Positions 34,451 through 51,681 of a DNA stretch of 64,000 nt are shown here, piece after piece (position 1 is the first letter of the stretch; the number at the start of each line of letters is the position of its first letter). A model generated the notes under the pieces. The model was not told the origin of the DNA. It saw only the letters and a program-made list of their open reading frames with translations, and did not search any database. The DNA is taken from assembly GCF_013122565.1 (NCBI RefSeq), contig NZ_CP053258.1, one strand, 5' to 3'. This DNA is from Escherichia coli (lineage in GTDB: Bacteria > Pseudomonadota > Gammaproteobacteria > Enterobacterales > Enterobacteriaceae). A program made the position numbers and the translations under genes.

Positions 34451-34633
34451 ATGAATAAAATCAAACTTTATATTCCTCCGCTATTTCTCGGCTTTGTTAT
34501 TGTGCCGCTGTTGGTGTGGCCGACGGTGGTTGCGCTGGCGGCTTTTGGTATCACGCTGAGTTTTCTGGGGGAGTTACTGTTCTTAATCCCGATCATAGTC
34601 CGACGTATGTCACTTCTGGAAGCACAACTTTGA
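34451..34633 (+). CDS. small hydrophobic membrane protein, possibly the N-terminal part of a stop-interrupted gene
   Basis: 60 aa with two predicted transmembrane helices; same reading frame as the following ORF, separated by a single TGA. Confidence 0.3.
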   Translation: MNKIKLYIPPLFLGFVIVPLLVWPTVVALAAFGITLSFLGELLFLIPIIVRRMSLLEAQL

Positions 34634-34666
34634 TTATCGGCTGAATATACGCTTGTTTTCTGTGCA

Positions 34667-35050
34667 ATGGTGGGCGTTGGTTGGCAATTCTCTCGCAGAA
34701 CGTCACCTGAATTAAAAAACAGACTGCATTTTTGGCTGGTCTTTACACCGGTTTATTTCTGGTTGCTTCTGTGGAATATCATTTTCTATATCGGGCCAGC
34801 GAAAAATGCATTGCTGGAAAATATCCGCAATTTCTTTTTAACAATTGTCTGGTTACCGCTGAATTTTTCGCCACTTTGGTCCCAACCGTGGACTGACTTT
34901 GTCGGTCCAATAAGCGCACAGCTTGGTTTTGCGTTGGGATATTATTGCCAGTGGCGTAGCAAAAATAGAAGCCAGGGGCAGAAGTGGGGTGAGTGGGGAA
35001 CGTGTCTTAGTTTTGTTACGTTGGGTATGATGGCATGGGTTTTGCGGTAA
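34667..35050 (+). CDS. hydrophobic membrane protein, possibly the C-terminal part of a stop-interrupted gene
   Basis: 127 aa with predicted transmembrane helices; in frame with 34451..34633. Confidence 0.3.
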   Translation: MVGVGWQFSRRTSPELKNRLHFWLVFTPVYFWLLLWNIIFYIGPAKNALLENIRNFFLTIVWLPLNFSPLWSQPWTDFVGPISAQLGFALGYYCQWRSKNRSQGQKWGEWGTCLSFVTLGMMAWVLR

Positions 35051-35100
35051 TTTCCTGAATCAAAAAGCAGGCCAGATTGTTGACGAAGTGCGCTTTGTTC

Positions 35101-35199
35101 ATGCCGGATGCGGCGTGAACGCCTTATTCGGCCTACAAAATCATGCAAATTCAATATATTGCATAAACCACGTAGGCTTGATAAGCGTAGCGCATCAGG
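35101..35199. repeat. BIME: two inverted REP units
   Basis: gccggatgcggcgtgaacgccttattcggcctac and gtaggcttgataagcgtagcgcatcagg in inverted orientation. Confidence 0.7.
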
Positions 35200-35263
35200 A
35201 AATTTTGTGTTTGTCATCAGTCTCAGGCCAGATTGAAATCTGACCTGATCACCTTACGTTAAT

Positions 35264-36769
35264 TTACGACGCCAGCGACAACTTCTGCTGCGTATACTCC
35301 ACCAGCCACTGACTCACACGAGATTGTTGATCCGCATTCAGCCACATGCCTTGTTTTGTGCGACGCCACAGGGCATCGTCGGCGCGGCGGACCCATTCGT
35401 GATCCACCAGGTATTTCAGCTCCGCTTCGTAGAACTCATGACCGAAATCCTCCCCGAGGTCGCTTATCGCCCCTGCATTGCCGAGCAGCAGTTCGCTGTT
35501 GCTGCCGTAAGTGCGCGCGTAGTGACGTGCCAGCGATTCAGTCAGGAATGGATAGCGACGGCGCAGACGAGCGGCATAATCGTCGCGGTCACCTTCAATG
35601 GCACCACCCGGCAGCACGCTCTCTTTCGTCCACGCCGGGCCAATACCCTGATAATACGGCGTCAGTTTTTCCAGCGCATGTTCCGCCAGTTTGCGGTAGG
35701 TGGTCAGCTTACCGCCGAATACCGACAGCAGCGGTGCTTTGCCGTTTTCATCATGGATATCAAGGGTGTAATCACGGGTAATAGCCTGCGGCGAGTCGGA
35801 CTCATCATCACACAGCGGACGCACACCGGAGTAGGTCCAGACGATATCATCACGGCTTAGCTGCTTTTTAAAGTGCGTGTTATACACTTTCAGCAGGTAA
35901 TTGATTTCACTCTCTTCAATCTTCACTGCTTTCGGATCACCTTTGTATTCCACATCGGTGGTGCCGATGATTGAAAACTCGTCCATCCACGGGATCACGA
36001 ACACAATACGTTTATCTTCGTTTTGCAGAATGTAGGCTTGCTTCTGGGTATGCACGCGTGGTACCACAATATGGCTGCCTTTGATCAGGCGAATGCCATA
36101 AGGTGAGGGCAGATGCATCCCGTCGTCGAAGAACTGTTTCACCCACGGGCCGGTGGCGTTAACCAGGCCGCGCGCTTGCCAGCTATATTTTTTGCCGGTA
36201 TCGATATCTTCCGCTTCCACAATCCACAGGCCGTTTTCGCGGCGAGCAGAGGTGGCGCGAGTCCGAGTAAGCACTTCGCCGCCTTTACGCACCACCATCT
36301 GGGCGTTGGCGAGTACCAGACGGGCGTCGTCTACCCAACAGTCAGAATATTCGAATCCGCGCTTAATTTCCGGTTTTAACACTGAGTTTGCGCCAAAACG
36401 CAAACCGGTTGATCCCGGCAGGCTGGTGCGTTTACCCAGATGATCGTACATAAACAGACCAATGCGAATCATCCACGCCGGGCGCAGATGCGGACGATGC
36501 GGCAGGCGAAAACGCATCGGGAAGGCGATATGAGGGGCCATTTTCAGTAGCACTTCACGTTCAGCCAGCGCCTCGCTGACCAGGCGGAATTCATAGTGCT
36601 CAAGGTAGCGCAGGCCACCGTGAATGAGTTTTGAACTGGCGGAAGAGGTCGCACAAGCGAGATCCTGCGCCTCCAGCATCAGCACGGATAAACCGCGTCC
36701 AGCGGCGTCTGCCGCGATACCAGCACCATTGATGCCGCCCCCTATCACAATCAGATCTTTGGTTTCCAT
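35264..36769 (-). CDS. glpD: aerobic glycerol-3-phosphate dehydrogenase
   Basis: 501 aa from METKDLIVIGGGINGAG (FAD-binding Rossmann motif). Confidence 0.93.
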   Translation of the reverse strand: METKDLIVIGGGINGAGIAADAAGRGLSVLMLEAQDLACATSSASSKLIHGGLRYLEHYEFRLVSEALAEREVLLKMAPHIAFPMRFRLPHRPHLRPAWMIRIGLFMYDHLGKRTSLPGSTGLRFGANSVLKPEIKRGFEYSDCWVDDARLVLANAQMVVRKGGEVLTRTRATSARRENGLWIVEAEDIDTGKKYSWQARGLVNATGPWVKQFFDDGMHLPSPYGIRLIKGSHIVVPRVHTQKQAYILQNEDKRIVFVIPWMDEFSIIGTTDVEYKGDPKAVKIEESEINYLLKVYNTHFKKQLSRDDIVWTYSGVRPLCDDESDSPQAITRDYTLDIHDENGKAPLLSVFGGKLTTYRKLAEHALEKLTPYYQGIGPAWTKESVLPGGAIEGDRDDYAARLRRRYPFLTESLARHYARTYGSNSELLLGNAGAISDLGEDFGHEFYEAELKYLVDHEWVRRADDALWRRTKQGMWLNADQQSRVSQWLVEYTQQKLSLAS

Positions 36770-36880
36770 GCTGCCCTCATTCACTTTCGTTAAAGCTCAT
36801 AAATGTTCGTTATCGAACATATTAGCAAAGAATCGCGCTTTAGGTAACATTGAAAAAACATTTTAGAGTGATATGTATAA

Positions 36881-37285
<405 letters not shown>

Positions 37286-37317
37286 CGCTTTATACTGTCC
37301 CCTTTTGTGTGGAATAA

Positions 37318-38160
<843 letters not shown>

Positions 38161-38176
38161 TTCCAGGGATTTAGAA

Positions 38177-38935
38177 ATGAAACAAACACAACGTCACAAC
38201 GGTATTATCGAACTGGTTAAACAGCAGGGTTATGTCAGTACCGAGGAACTGGTGGAGCACTTCTCCGTCAGCCCGCAGACTATTCGCCGCGACCTCAATG
38301 AGCTGGCAGAGCAAAACCTGATCCTGCGCCATCATGGCGGTGCGGCGCTGCCTTCCAGTTCGGTTAACACGCCGTGGCACGATCGTAAAGCCACCCAGAC
38401 CGAAGAAAAAGAGCGCATCGCCCGCAAAGTGGCGGAGCAAATCCCCAATGGCTCGACGCTGTTTATCGATATCGGCACCACGCCGGAAGCGGTGGCGCAC
38501 GCGCTGCTCAATCACAGCAATTTGCGCATTGTGACTAACAATCTCAACGTTGCTAACACGCTGATGGTAAAAGAAGATTTTCGCATCATTCTCGCCGGTG
38601 GCGAATTACGTAGCCGCGATGGTGGGATCATAGGCGAAGCGACGCTCGATTTTATCTCTCAGTTCCGCCTCGACTTTGGCATTCTGGGGATCAGCGGCAT
38701 CGATAGCGACGGCTCGCTGCTGGAATTCGATTACCACGAAGTTCGCACCAAACGCGCCATTATTGAGAACTCGCGCCACGTTATGCTGGTGGTCGATCAC
38801 TCGAAATTTGGCCGTAACGCGATGGTCAATATGGGTAGCATCAGCATGGTCGATGCCGTCTACACCGACGCCCCGCCGCCTGCGGGCGTGATGCAGGTGC
38901 TGACGGACCACCATATTCAACTGGAGCTGTGCTGA
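38177..38935 (+). CDS. glpR: glycerol-3-phosphate regulon repressor (DeoR family)
   Basis: 252 aa from MKQTQRHNGIIELVKQQGYV (helix-turn-helix); the longer ORF start 38126 was rejected. Confidence 0.9.
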   Translation: MKQTQRHNGIIELVKQQGYVSTEELVEHFSVSPQTIRRDLNELAEQNLILRHHGGAALPSSSVNTPWHDRKATQTEEKERIARKVAEQIPNGSTLFIDIGTTPEAVAHALLNHSNLRIVTNNLNVANTLMVKEDFRIILAGGELRSRDGGIIGEATLDFISQFRLDFGILGISGIDSDGSLLEFDYHEVRTKRAIIENSRHVMLVVDHSKFGRNAMVNMGSISMVDAVYTDAPPPAGVMQVLTDHHIQLELC

Positions 38936-40515
38936 TCCTGCACGGCTTCCCACGTCAGACCAAAACGCGCCAGGTATTTGCGTAGCCGATCTGCGTCGTT
39001 GACGCTGGCTTTGCCCTGGCGCGAAACATCAAAAAGCTGGCGACCGGCAGCAGAAAGCGACTTTGCCTGGCGGCAGATAGCGATAACGTGTTCCAGTTGC
39101 AGTCGGTCAAAGAGATCGATGTTTTCTGCCTCCGCGCCCAGCAACGCCGTAAGCGCGGAAGGACGGGTCTCCTGCCAGTTATAGCGCAGACGGTTTATCT
39201 CATCTTCAACCACTTCCAGAGTGATGCGTCCGCTAGTGGCAAAGGTAGCCATCCGCGTGACGCTGGCAGAAAGCTCGCGAAAGTTACCGCGCCATGTTGC
39301 CTGGGGAGATGTCGCAAAGGCCAGCCAGGCACGCCGTGCTTCGGTGTTAAAACGTACGCTGTCGCCGGTAAGCGCGGCGTGTCGCTCCACTTCATAATCC
39401 AGGTTCGGTTCGATATCTTCCTGGCGCTGGCGTAGCCCCGGCAGGGTGAAGGTCCAGAGATTGATCCGCGCGTACAAGTCTTCGCGAAATTTGCCTTCGG
39501 CAACCAGCTGGCGCAAATCGCGCACCGTTCCGGCGATAAGCTGAAAATCACTGCTCACCTGGCGATCGCTGCCAAACGGATAAAAGGTTTTTTCTTCAAT
39601 GGCTTTAAGCAGCATTGCCTGTTCGTCTGCGCCCAGTTCGCCAATCTCATCAAGAAACAACATTCCGCCGTTGGCGCTGCGTAATAATCCTTCACGAGAT
39701 TCCCGCGCCCCGGTAAACGCGCCTTTCACATGACCAAACAGCGTCGACATGGCGGTATCGCCGCGCAGGGTTGCGCAGTTCACTTCCACAAACGCGCCGC
39801 TAAACTGATGCCGCGCCTGTTTTAATTCAAATATACGTCGCGCCAGAAATGACTTACCTGCACCGGTCGGGCCATTAAGCAGAATTGGCGCGCGGGATTT
39901 GATCGCTACTTTTTCAATCTGCTCAATCATGCGGTTGAAGTGGGGGTTACGCGTGGCAATGCCGGACTTAAGAAAATCGAGCGTTTGCTGCCGTTCCTCG
40001 GCAAAGCGGCTGGCGATGGCGTTATAACGGCTTAAATCGAGATCGATAATCGTCACTTCACCTGCGCCGCACGGCTGTTCTTTTTTGCGCGGAGGGGAAG
40101 ATTGTATCAGCCGGGCGGGCAGGTAACGCGCTTCCGCCAGCAGAAACCAGCAAATCTGTGCGACGTGGGTGCCAGTGGTGATGTGAATTAAATAGTCTTC
40201 TTTATCAGGTTGAAACGCGTAGCCACGGGCGAAATCATGCAGGCAGGCGTAAACCTCTTCGAAATCCCACGGGTTATGCAGTTCAATCTCAACGCTCACC
40301 ACTTCAGTTTCTGGCGAAACGCTGGCGATATCGCATTTAAGCGTTTCAAACAGCGAGCGCGAGCGGGCGTCGTGCAACAATTCCAGTCGATCGATGACTA
40401 ACGATTCTTGCTGGCATAAACAGAGTGTTGGACGCCATTTCGACCAGCGCTGACTGCCGCGTCCGGCATAATCCAGTACGGTGCCGACAAAGCCAAAAGC
40501 CACTGTTTTACGCAT
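38917..40515 (-). CDS. rtcR: sigma-54-dependent transcriptional activator of rtcBA
   Basis: 532 aa; AAA+ sigma-54 activator core ([14 protein letters not shown]) and C-terminal helix-turn-helix; divergent from rtcBA. Confidence 0.9.
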   Translation of the reverse strand: MRKTVAFGFVGTVLDYAGRGSQRWSKWRPTLCLCQQESLVIDRLELLHDARSRSLFETLKCDIASVSPETEVVSVEIELHNPWDFEEVYACLHDFARGYAFQPDKEDYLIHITTGTHVAQICWFLLAEARYLPARLIQSSPPRKKEQPCGAGEVTIIDLDLSRYNAIASRFAEERQQTLDFLKSGIATRNPHFNRMIEQIEKVAIKSRAPILLNGPTGAGKSFLARRIFELKQARHQFSGAFVEVNCATLRGDTAMSTLFGHVKGAFTGARESREGLLRSANGGMLFLDEIGELGADEQAMLLKAIEEKTFYPFGSDRQVSSDFQLIAGTVRDLRQLVAEGKFREDLYARINLWTFTLPGLRQRQEDIEPNLDYEVERHAALTGDSVRFNTEARRAWLAFATSPQATWRGNFRELSASVTRMATFATSGRITLEVVEDEINRLRYNWQETRPSALTALLGAEAENIDLFDRLQLEHVIAICRQAKSLSAAGRQLFDVSRQGKASVNDADRLRKYLARFGLTWEAVQDQHSSS

Positions 40516-40649
40516 CTTAGATATCCTTATAAAAGACGATATTTCATTATCGGTAAATTGGCTTTGCGGGAAATCTCCGTTTACGGACTGGAAGATTTTA
40601 TCTATTTAAAAACAATGAATTAAAAAATTAAGCAGCTTATTTAATTTTC

Positions 40650-40665
40650 TGGCACGACGGTTGCA
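40650..40665 (+). promoter_or_regulatory. sigma-54 (-24/-12) promoter of rtcBA
   Basis: TGGCACgacggTTGCA is an exact match to TGGCAC-N5-TTGCA, about 40 nt upstream of rtcB. Confidence 0.8.
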
Positions 40666-40701
40666 ATTACCAGGACATACCAACGAAAAGAGAAAAACAA
40701 A

Positions 40702-41928
40702 ATGAATTACGAATTACTGACCACTGAAAATGCCCCGGTAAAAATGTGGACCAAAGGCGTGCCGGTAGAAGCCGATGCGCGTCAGCAACTTATTAATACG
40801 GCGAAGATGCCGTTTATTTTCAAACATATTGCGGTAATGCCTGATGTACACCTGGGTAAAGGTTCCACCATTGGTAGCGTGATCCCGACCAAAGGGGCGA
40901 TTATTCCGGCGGCGGTGGGCGTGGATATTGGCTGTGGAATGAACGCGCTACGTACCGCGTTAACGGCGGCAGACCTGCCTGAAAACCTGGCGGAGCTGCG
41001 TCAGGCGATTGAAACGGTCGTGCCGCACGGGCGTACTACCGGACGTTGTAAACGTGATAAAGGCGCATGGGAAAACCCGCCTGTTAACGTCGATGCGAAA
41101 TGGGCTGAGCTGGAGGCCGGTTATCAGTGGTTAACGCAAAAATATCCGCGTTTCCTTAACACTAACAACTATAAACACCTGGGAACGCTGGGAACGGGTA
41201 ACCACTTTATTGAAATCTGCCTTGATGAGTCGGAGCAGGTGTGGATTATGCTGCACTCCGGTTCACGCGGAATTGGTAACGCCATCGGGACTTACTTTAT
41301 CGATCTGGCGCAAAAAGAGATGCAGGACCAACTTGAGACGTTGCCGTCGCGTGATCTGGCGTACTTTATGGAAGGTACGGAATACTTTGATGATTACCTG
41401 AAAGCCGTGGCCTGGGCGCAGCTTTTTGCCAGCCTTAACCGCGATGCGATGATGGAAAACGTGGTAACGGCGTTGCAGAGCATTACGCAGAAAACGGTCA
41501 GACAGCCACAAACGCTGGCGATGGAAGAGATCAACTGTCACCACAACTATGTGCAAAAAGAACAGCACTTTGGTGAAGAGATCTACGTGACGCGTAAAGG
41601 CGCGGTGTCTGCGCGTGCTGGTCAATATGGAATTATTCCCGGTTCGATGGGAGCGAAAAGCTTTATCGTCCGTGGGCTGGGAAATGAAGAGTCGTTCTGT
41701 TCGTGCAGCCACGGTGCCGGGCGGGTTATGAGCCGTACTAAAGCGAAAAAACTGTTCAGCGTGGAAGATCAAATTCGTGCTACCGCGCATGTGGAATGCC
41801 GTAAAGATGCCGAAGTGATCGACGAAATCCCGATGGCGTATAAAGATATTGATGCGGTGATGGCGGCACAAAGCGATCTGGTGGAAGTTATCTACACCCT
41901 GCGTCAGGTGGTGTGCGTAAAAGGATAA
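40702..41928 (+). CDS. rtcB: RNA-splicing ligase RtcB
   Basis: 408 aa; RtcB family. Confidence 0.93.
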   Translation: MNYELLTTENAPVKMWTKGVPVEADARQQLINTAKMPFIFKHIAVMPDVHLGKGSTIGSVIPTKGAIIPAAVGVDIGCGMNALRTALTAADLPENLAELRQAIETVVPHGRTTGRCKRDKGAWENPPVNVDAKWAELEAGYQWLTQKYPRFLNTNNYKHLGTLGTGNHFIEICLDESEQVWIMLHSGSRGIGNAIGTYFIDLAQKEMQDQLETLPSRDLAYFMEGTEYFDDYLKAVAWAQLFASLNRDAMMENVVTALQSITQKTVRQPQTLAMEEINCHHNYVQKEQHFGEEIYVTRKGAVSARAGQYGIIPGSMGAKSFIVRGLGNEESFCSCSHGAGRVMSRTKAKKLFSVEDQIRATAHVECRKDAEVIDEIPMAYKDIDAVMAAQSDLVEVIYTLRQVVCVKG

Positions 41929-42960
<1,032 letters not shown>

Positions 42961-43009
42961 AACCCCTGCCGGATCAGACTCATCAGTGTGACTATCCGGT
43001 AGAGGTAAA

Positions 43010-43495
43010 TTACTCCAGAGTAATGGGATACAGTAAGGTAAGTGACTGGAATGGTGAAGGTACAAAGGCATACTTCAGATAGAAATTGCGTACTGAATCG
43101 TCTAAAGCATGAACAATGAGCGCACGAACCCCTACCTGTTGAGCTATGGACATTGTGCGATAGACTGCATCTTTCAACAATGCGACGCCCAGCCCTTTAC
43201 CTGCCCAGGCTTGATCAATTGCCAGTCTGCCTAATACGACAACAGGCAACGATTCGGGAGCATTACGTCGCATGGCTCCAGGGGTCAAATTACGTTGAAT
43301 ACTGCCTGTAGAAAGGCAGTAATAGCCGATTACCTGACGGGTATTGGCAATACAGATAACGTAAACACGAGACAGACCGGAGCTGTGATTTTTTAACTCT
43401 TTCTTTTTTAGCCATTCATTCATCCCGTGATCGGAACAGCAAAAGTCAGCCAGATTATGTTCAGACGTTAGGGGAGTAGGAGGCGTTATTCCCAT
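43010..43495 (-). CDS. GNAT-family acetyltransferase toxin of a type II toxin-antitoxin pair (TacT/KacT/ItaT-like)
   Basis: 161 aa; GNAT acetyl-CoA motif VLGRLAIDQAWAGKGLGVALL; 10-nt overlap with the upstream DUF1778-type gene. Confidence 0.7.
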   Translation of the reverse strand: MGITPPTPLTSEHNLADFCCSDHGMNEWLKKKELKNHSSGLSRVYVICIANTRQVIGYYCLSTGSIQRNLTPGAMRRNAPESLPVVVLGRLAIDQAWAGKGLGVALLKDAVYRTMSIAQQVGVRALIVHALDDSVRNFYLKYAFVPSPFQSLTLLYPITLE

Positions 43496-43764
43496 GGCGA
43501 TTTACGATTCATCAACGCGTTAATTTTGGCCTGACGCTCAGCAGTGATGGGGGCGTCCAGGGCAGCCAGAAATGCATCGTATTGCTCGTCATCAACGATG
43601 AATAGTCGTTGATCTAATAAGATGTCTTGCGCTTCACGGCATGCGGCATCCAGCATAAAATCAGTGCGCGATTTTGCGACCAGATTCGCTGCCATATCAA
43701 TCAGGTCACGCTGTGAGGCTTTCGCCCTGATATTGATTGGCGCTTCTTTGCTTTCCGGTTTCAT
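43486..43764 (-). CDS. DUF1778-type (ribbon-helix-helix) antitoxin partner of the GNAT toxin
   Basis: 92 aa; N-terminal PINIRAKASQRDLIDMAANL typical of TacA/KacA-like antitoxins; first in the operon. Confidence 0.7.
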   Translation of the reverse strand: MKPESKEAPINIRAKASQRDLIDMAANLVAKSRTDFMLDAACREAQDILLDQRLFIVDDEQYDAFLAALDAPITAERQAKINALMNRKSPWE

Positions 43765-43830
43765 ATTGATGAGCCTGTAGTGCGATTTTATATACAGTAT
43801 AAAGAGTGTACATAAAAACGCTATACAAAC

Positions 43831-46542
<2,712 letters not shown>

Positions 46543-47044
46543 TCACTTCACTGTGGAAAATGAGGAAATATTATTTTTTTTGCGCTTCGTAATTAATGGT
46601 TATAAGGTCGGCCAGAAACCTTTCTAATGCAAGCGATGACGTTTTTTTATGTGTCTGAATTTGCACTGTGTCACAATTCCAAATCTTTATTAATAATTCA
46701 CCTAAAACGACGCTGATCCAGCGTGAATACTGGGTTGTACGGTATTTTCCTTATATTCATCAGTTTCATTTAAGCAAGGGTTTCTGCTTCATTCCTGATG
46801 AAAGTACCATCTAAAAAGATAATCTTAATAAATCTATTAAGGGAGCACACTGGATATTTCACTTGTGAAACTGTTTCACTCCCTTACTTAATTGATAGAG
46901 TTACCTTCCGCTTTTTGAAAACACGCAACGACCATTTTTGCACTTAGATACAGATTTTCTGCGCTGTATGGCATTGATTTGCTGCTAATCCTGTGGTTTG
47001 CACTAGCTTTAAGTGGTTGAGATCACATTTCCTTGCTCATCCCC

Positions 47045-47085
47045 GCAACTCCTCCCTGCCTAATCCCCCGCAGGATGAGGAAGGT
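47045..47085 (+). promoter_or_regulatory. putative MalT boxes in the malPQ promoter
   Basis: GGATGA at 47074-47079 and GGAGGA on the opposite strand at 47050-47055, matching the MalT box type GGA[TG]GA. Confidence 0.5.
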
Positions 47086-47125
47086 CAACATCGAGCCTGG
47101 CAAACTAGCGATAACGTTGTGTTGA

Positions 47126-49543
<2,418 letters not shown>

Positions 49544-49552
49544 GGAAGCTCG

Positions 49553-51637
49553 ATGGAAAGCAAACGTCTGGATAATGCCGCGCTGGCGGCGGGGATTAGC
49601 CCCAATTACATCAATGCCCACGGTAAACCGCAGTCGATTAGCGCCGAAACCAAACGGCGTTTGCTTGACGCGATGCATCAACGTACCGCCACGAAAGTGG
49701 CGGTAACGCCAGTCCCGAATGTCATGGTTTATACCAGCGGCAAAAAAATGCCGATGGTGGTGGAGGGCAGCGGCGAATATAGCTGGCTGCTGACCACCGA
49801 AGAAGGAACGCAGTACAAAGGCCATGTAACTGGGGGCAAAGCGTTCAATCTACCGACGAAGCTGCCGGAAGGTTATCACACGCTGACGCTTACCCAGGAA
49901 GACCAGCGCGCGCATTGCAGGGTGATTGTCGCCCCGAAACGCTGTTACGAACCGCAGGCGTTGCTGAATAAACAAAAGCTGTGGGGTGCCTGCGTCCAGC
50001 TTTATACGCTGCGATCGGAAAAAAACTGGGGTATTGGGGATTTTGGCGATCTCAAAGCGATGCTGGTGGATGTGGCAAAACGTGGCGGGTCGTTCATCGG
50101 CCTGAACCCGATTCATGCGCTCTATCCGGCAAATCCGGAGAGCGCCAGCCCATACAGCCCGTCTTCTCGCCGCTGGCTGAATGTGATTTATATCGACGTT
50201 AACGCCGTTGAAGATTTCCATCTTAGCGAAGAGGCTCAGGCCTGGTGGCAGTTGCCGACCACGCAACAGACGCTGCAACAGGCGCGGGATGCCGACTGGG
50301 TCGATTACTCCACGGTTACCGCCCTAAAAATGACAGCATTACGAATGGCGTGGAAAGGTTTCGCGCAACGTGATGATGAGCAGATGGCCGCGTTTCGCCA
50401 GTTTGTTGCAGATCAAGGCGACAGCCTGTTCTGGCAGGCAGCCTTTGATGCGCTACATGCCCAGCAAGTGAAAGAGGACGAAATGCGCTGGGGCTGGCCT
50501 GCATGGCCAGAGATGTATCAGAACGTGGATTCACCAGAAGTGCGTCAGTTCTGCGCAGAACATCGCGATGACGTTGATTTTTATCTCTGGTTGCAGTGGC
50601 TGGCTTACAGCCAGTTTGCCGCCTGCTGGGAGATAAGCCAGGGCTATGAAATGCCGATTGGCTTGTATCGTGATCTGGCGGTTGGCGTAGCGGAAGGTGG
50701 GGCGGAAACCTGGTGCGACCGTGAACTGTATTGCCTGAAAGCGTCGGTTGGCGCGCCGCCGGATATCCTCGGCCCGTTGGGGCAGAACTGGGGATTGCCG
50801 CCGATGGATCCGCATATCATCACCGCGCGTGCCTATGAACCGTTTATCGAGCTGTTGCGTGCCAATATGCAAAACTGCGGCGCATTACGAATTGACCATG
50901 TGATGTCGATGCTGCGTTTGTGGTGGATACCGTATGGCGAGACGGCAGATCAGGGCGCGTATGTACACTATCCGGTGGATGATCTGCTTTCGATTCTGGC
51001 ACTCGAAAGTAAACGTCATCGCTGTATGGTGATTGGTGAAGATCTCGGTACCGTACCCGTAGAGATTGTTGGTAAGCTGCGCAGCAGCGGTGTGTACTCC
51101 TACAAAGTGCTCTATTTCGAAAACGACCACGAGAAGACGTTCCGTGCACCGAAAGCGTATCCGGAGCAGTCGATGGCGGTTGCGGCGACACATGACCTGC
51201 CTACGCTACGCGGTTACTGGGAGAGCGGGGATCTAACGCTGGGCAAAACCCTGGGGCTGTATCCGGATGAAGTGGTACTGCGCGGTCTGTATCAGGATCG
51301 CGAACTGGCGAAGCAAGGACTGCTGGATGCTCTGCATAAATATGGTTGTCTGCCAAAACGTGCCGGGCATAAGGCATCGTTGATGTCGATGACGCCGACG
51401 CTTAATCGTGGTTTGCAGCGCTACATTGCCGACAGTAACAGTGCTCTGTTAGGACTACAGCCGGAAGACTGGCTGGATATGGCCGAACCGGTGAATATTC
51501 CTGGCACCAGTTACCAGTATAAAAACTGGCGACGCAAGCTTTCCGCAACGCTTGAGTCGATGTTTGCCGATGATGGCGTGAACAAGTTGCTGAAGGATTT
51601 GGACAGACGGCGCAGAGCTGCAGCGAAGAAGAAGTAG
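49553..51637 (+). CDS. malQ: 4-alpha-glucanotransferase (amylomaltase)
   Basis: 694 aa; GH77 family. Confidence 0.95.
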   Translation: MESKRLDNAALAAGISPNYINAHGKPQSISAETKRRLLDAMHQRTATKVAVTPVPNVMVYTSGKKMPMVVEGSGEYSWLLTTEEGTQYKGHVTGGKAFNLPTKLPEGYHTLTLTQEDQRAHCRVIVAPKRCYEPQALLNKQKLWGACVQLYTLRSEKNWGIGDFGDLKAMLVDVAKRGGSFIGLNPIHALYPANPESASPYSPSSRRWLNVIYIDVNAVEDFHLSEEAQAWWQLPTTQQTLQQARDADWVDYSTVTALKMTALRMAWKGFAQRDDEQMAAFRQFVADQGDSLFWQAAFDALHAQQVKEDEMRWGWPAWPEMYQNVDSPEVRQFCAEHRDDVDFYLWLQWLAYSQFAACWEISQGYEMPIGLYRDLAVGVAEGGAETWCDRELYCLKASVGAPPDILGPLGQNWGLPPMDPHIITARAYEPFIELLRANMQNCGALRIDHVMSMLRLWWIPYGETADQGAYVHYPVDDLLSILALESKRHRCMVIGEDLGTVPVEIVGKLRSSGVYSYKVLYFENDHEKTFRAPKAYPEQSMAVAATHDLPTLRGYWESGDLTLGKTLGLYPDEVVLRGLYQDRELAKQGLLDALHKYGCLPKRAGHKASLMSMTPTLNRGLQRYIADSNSALLGLQPEDWLDMAEPVNIPGTSYQYKNWRRKLSATLESMFADDGVNKLLKDLDRRRRAAAKKK

Positions 51638-51644
51638 AGTGCGG

Positions 51645-51675
51645 TTGATGCCGGATGCGATGCATCCGGCAGTCA
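51645..51675. terminator. hairpin between the convergent malQ and gntT genes
   Basis: gccggatgcgatgcatccggc perfect inverted repeat. Confidence 0.55.
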
Positions 51676-51681
51676 GTGTTA

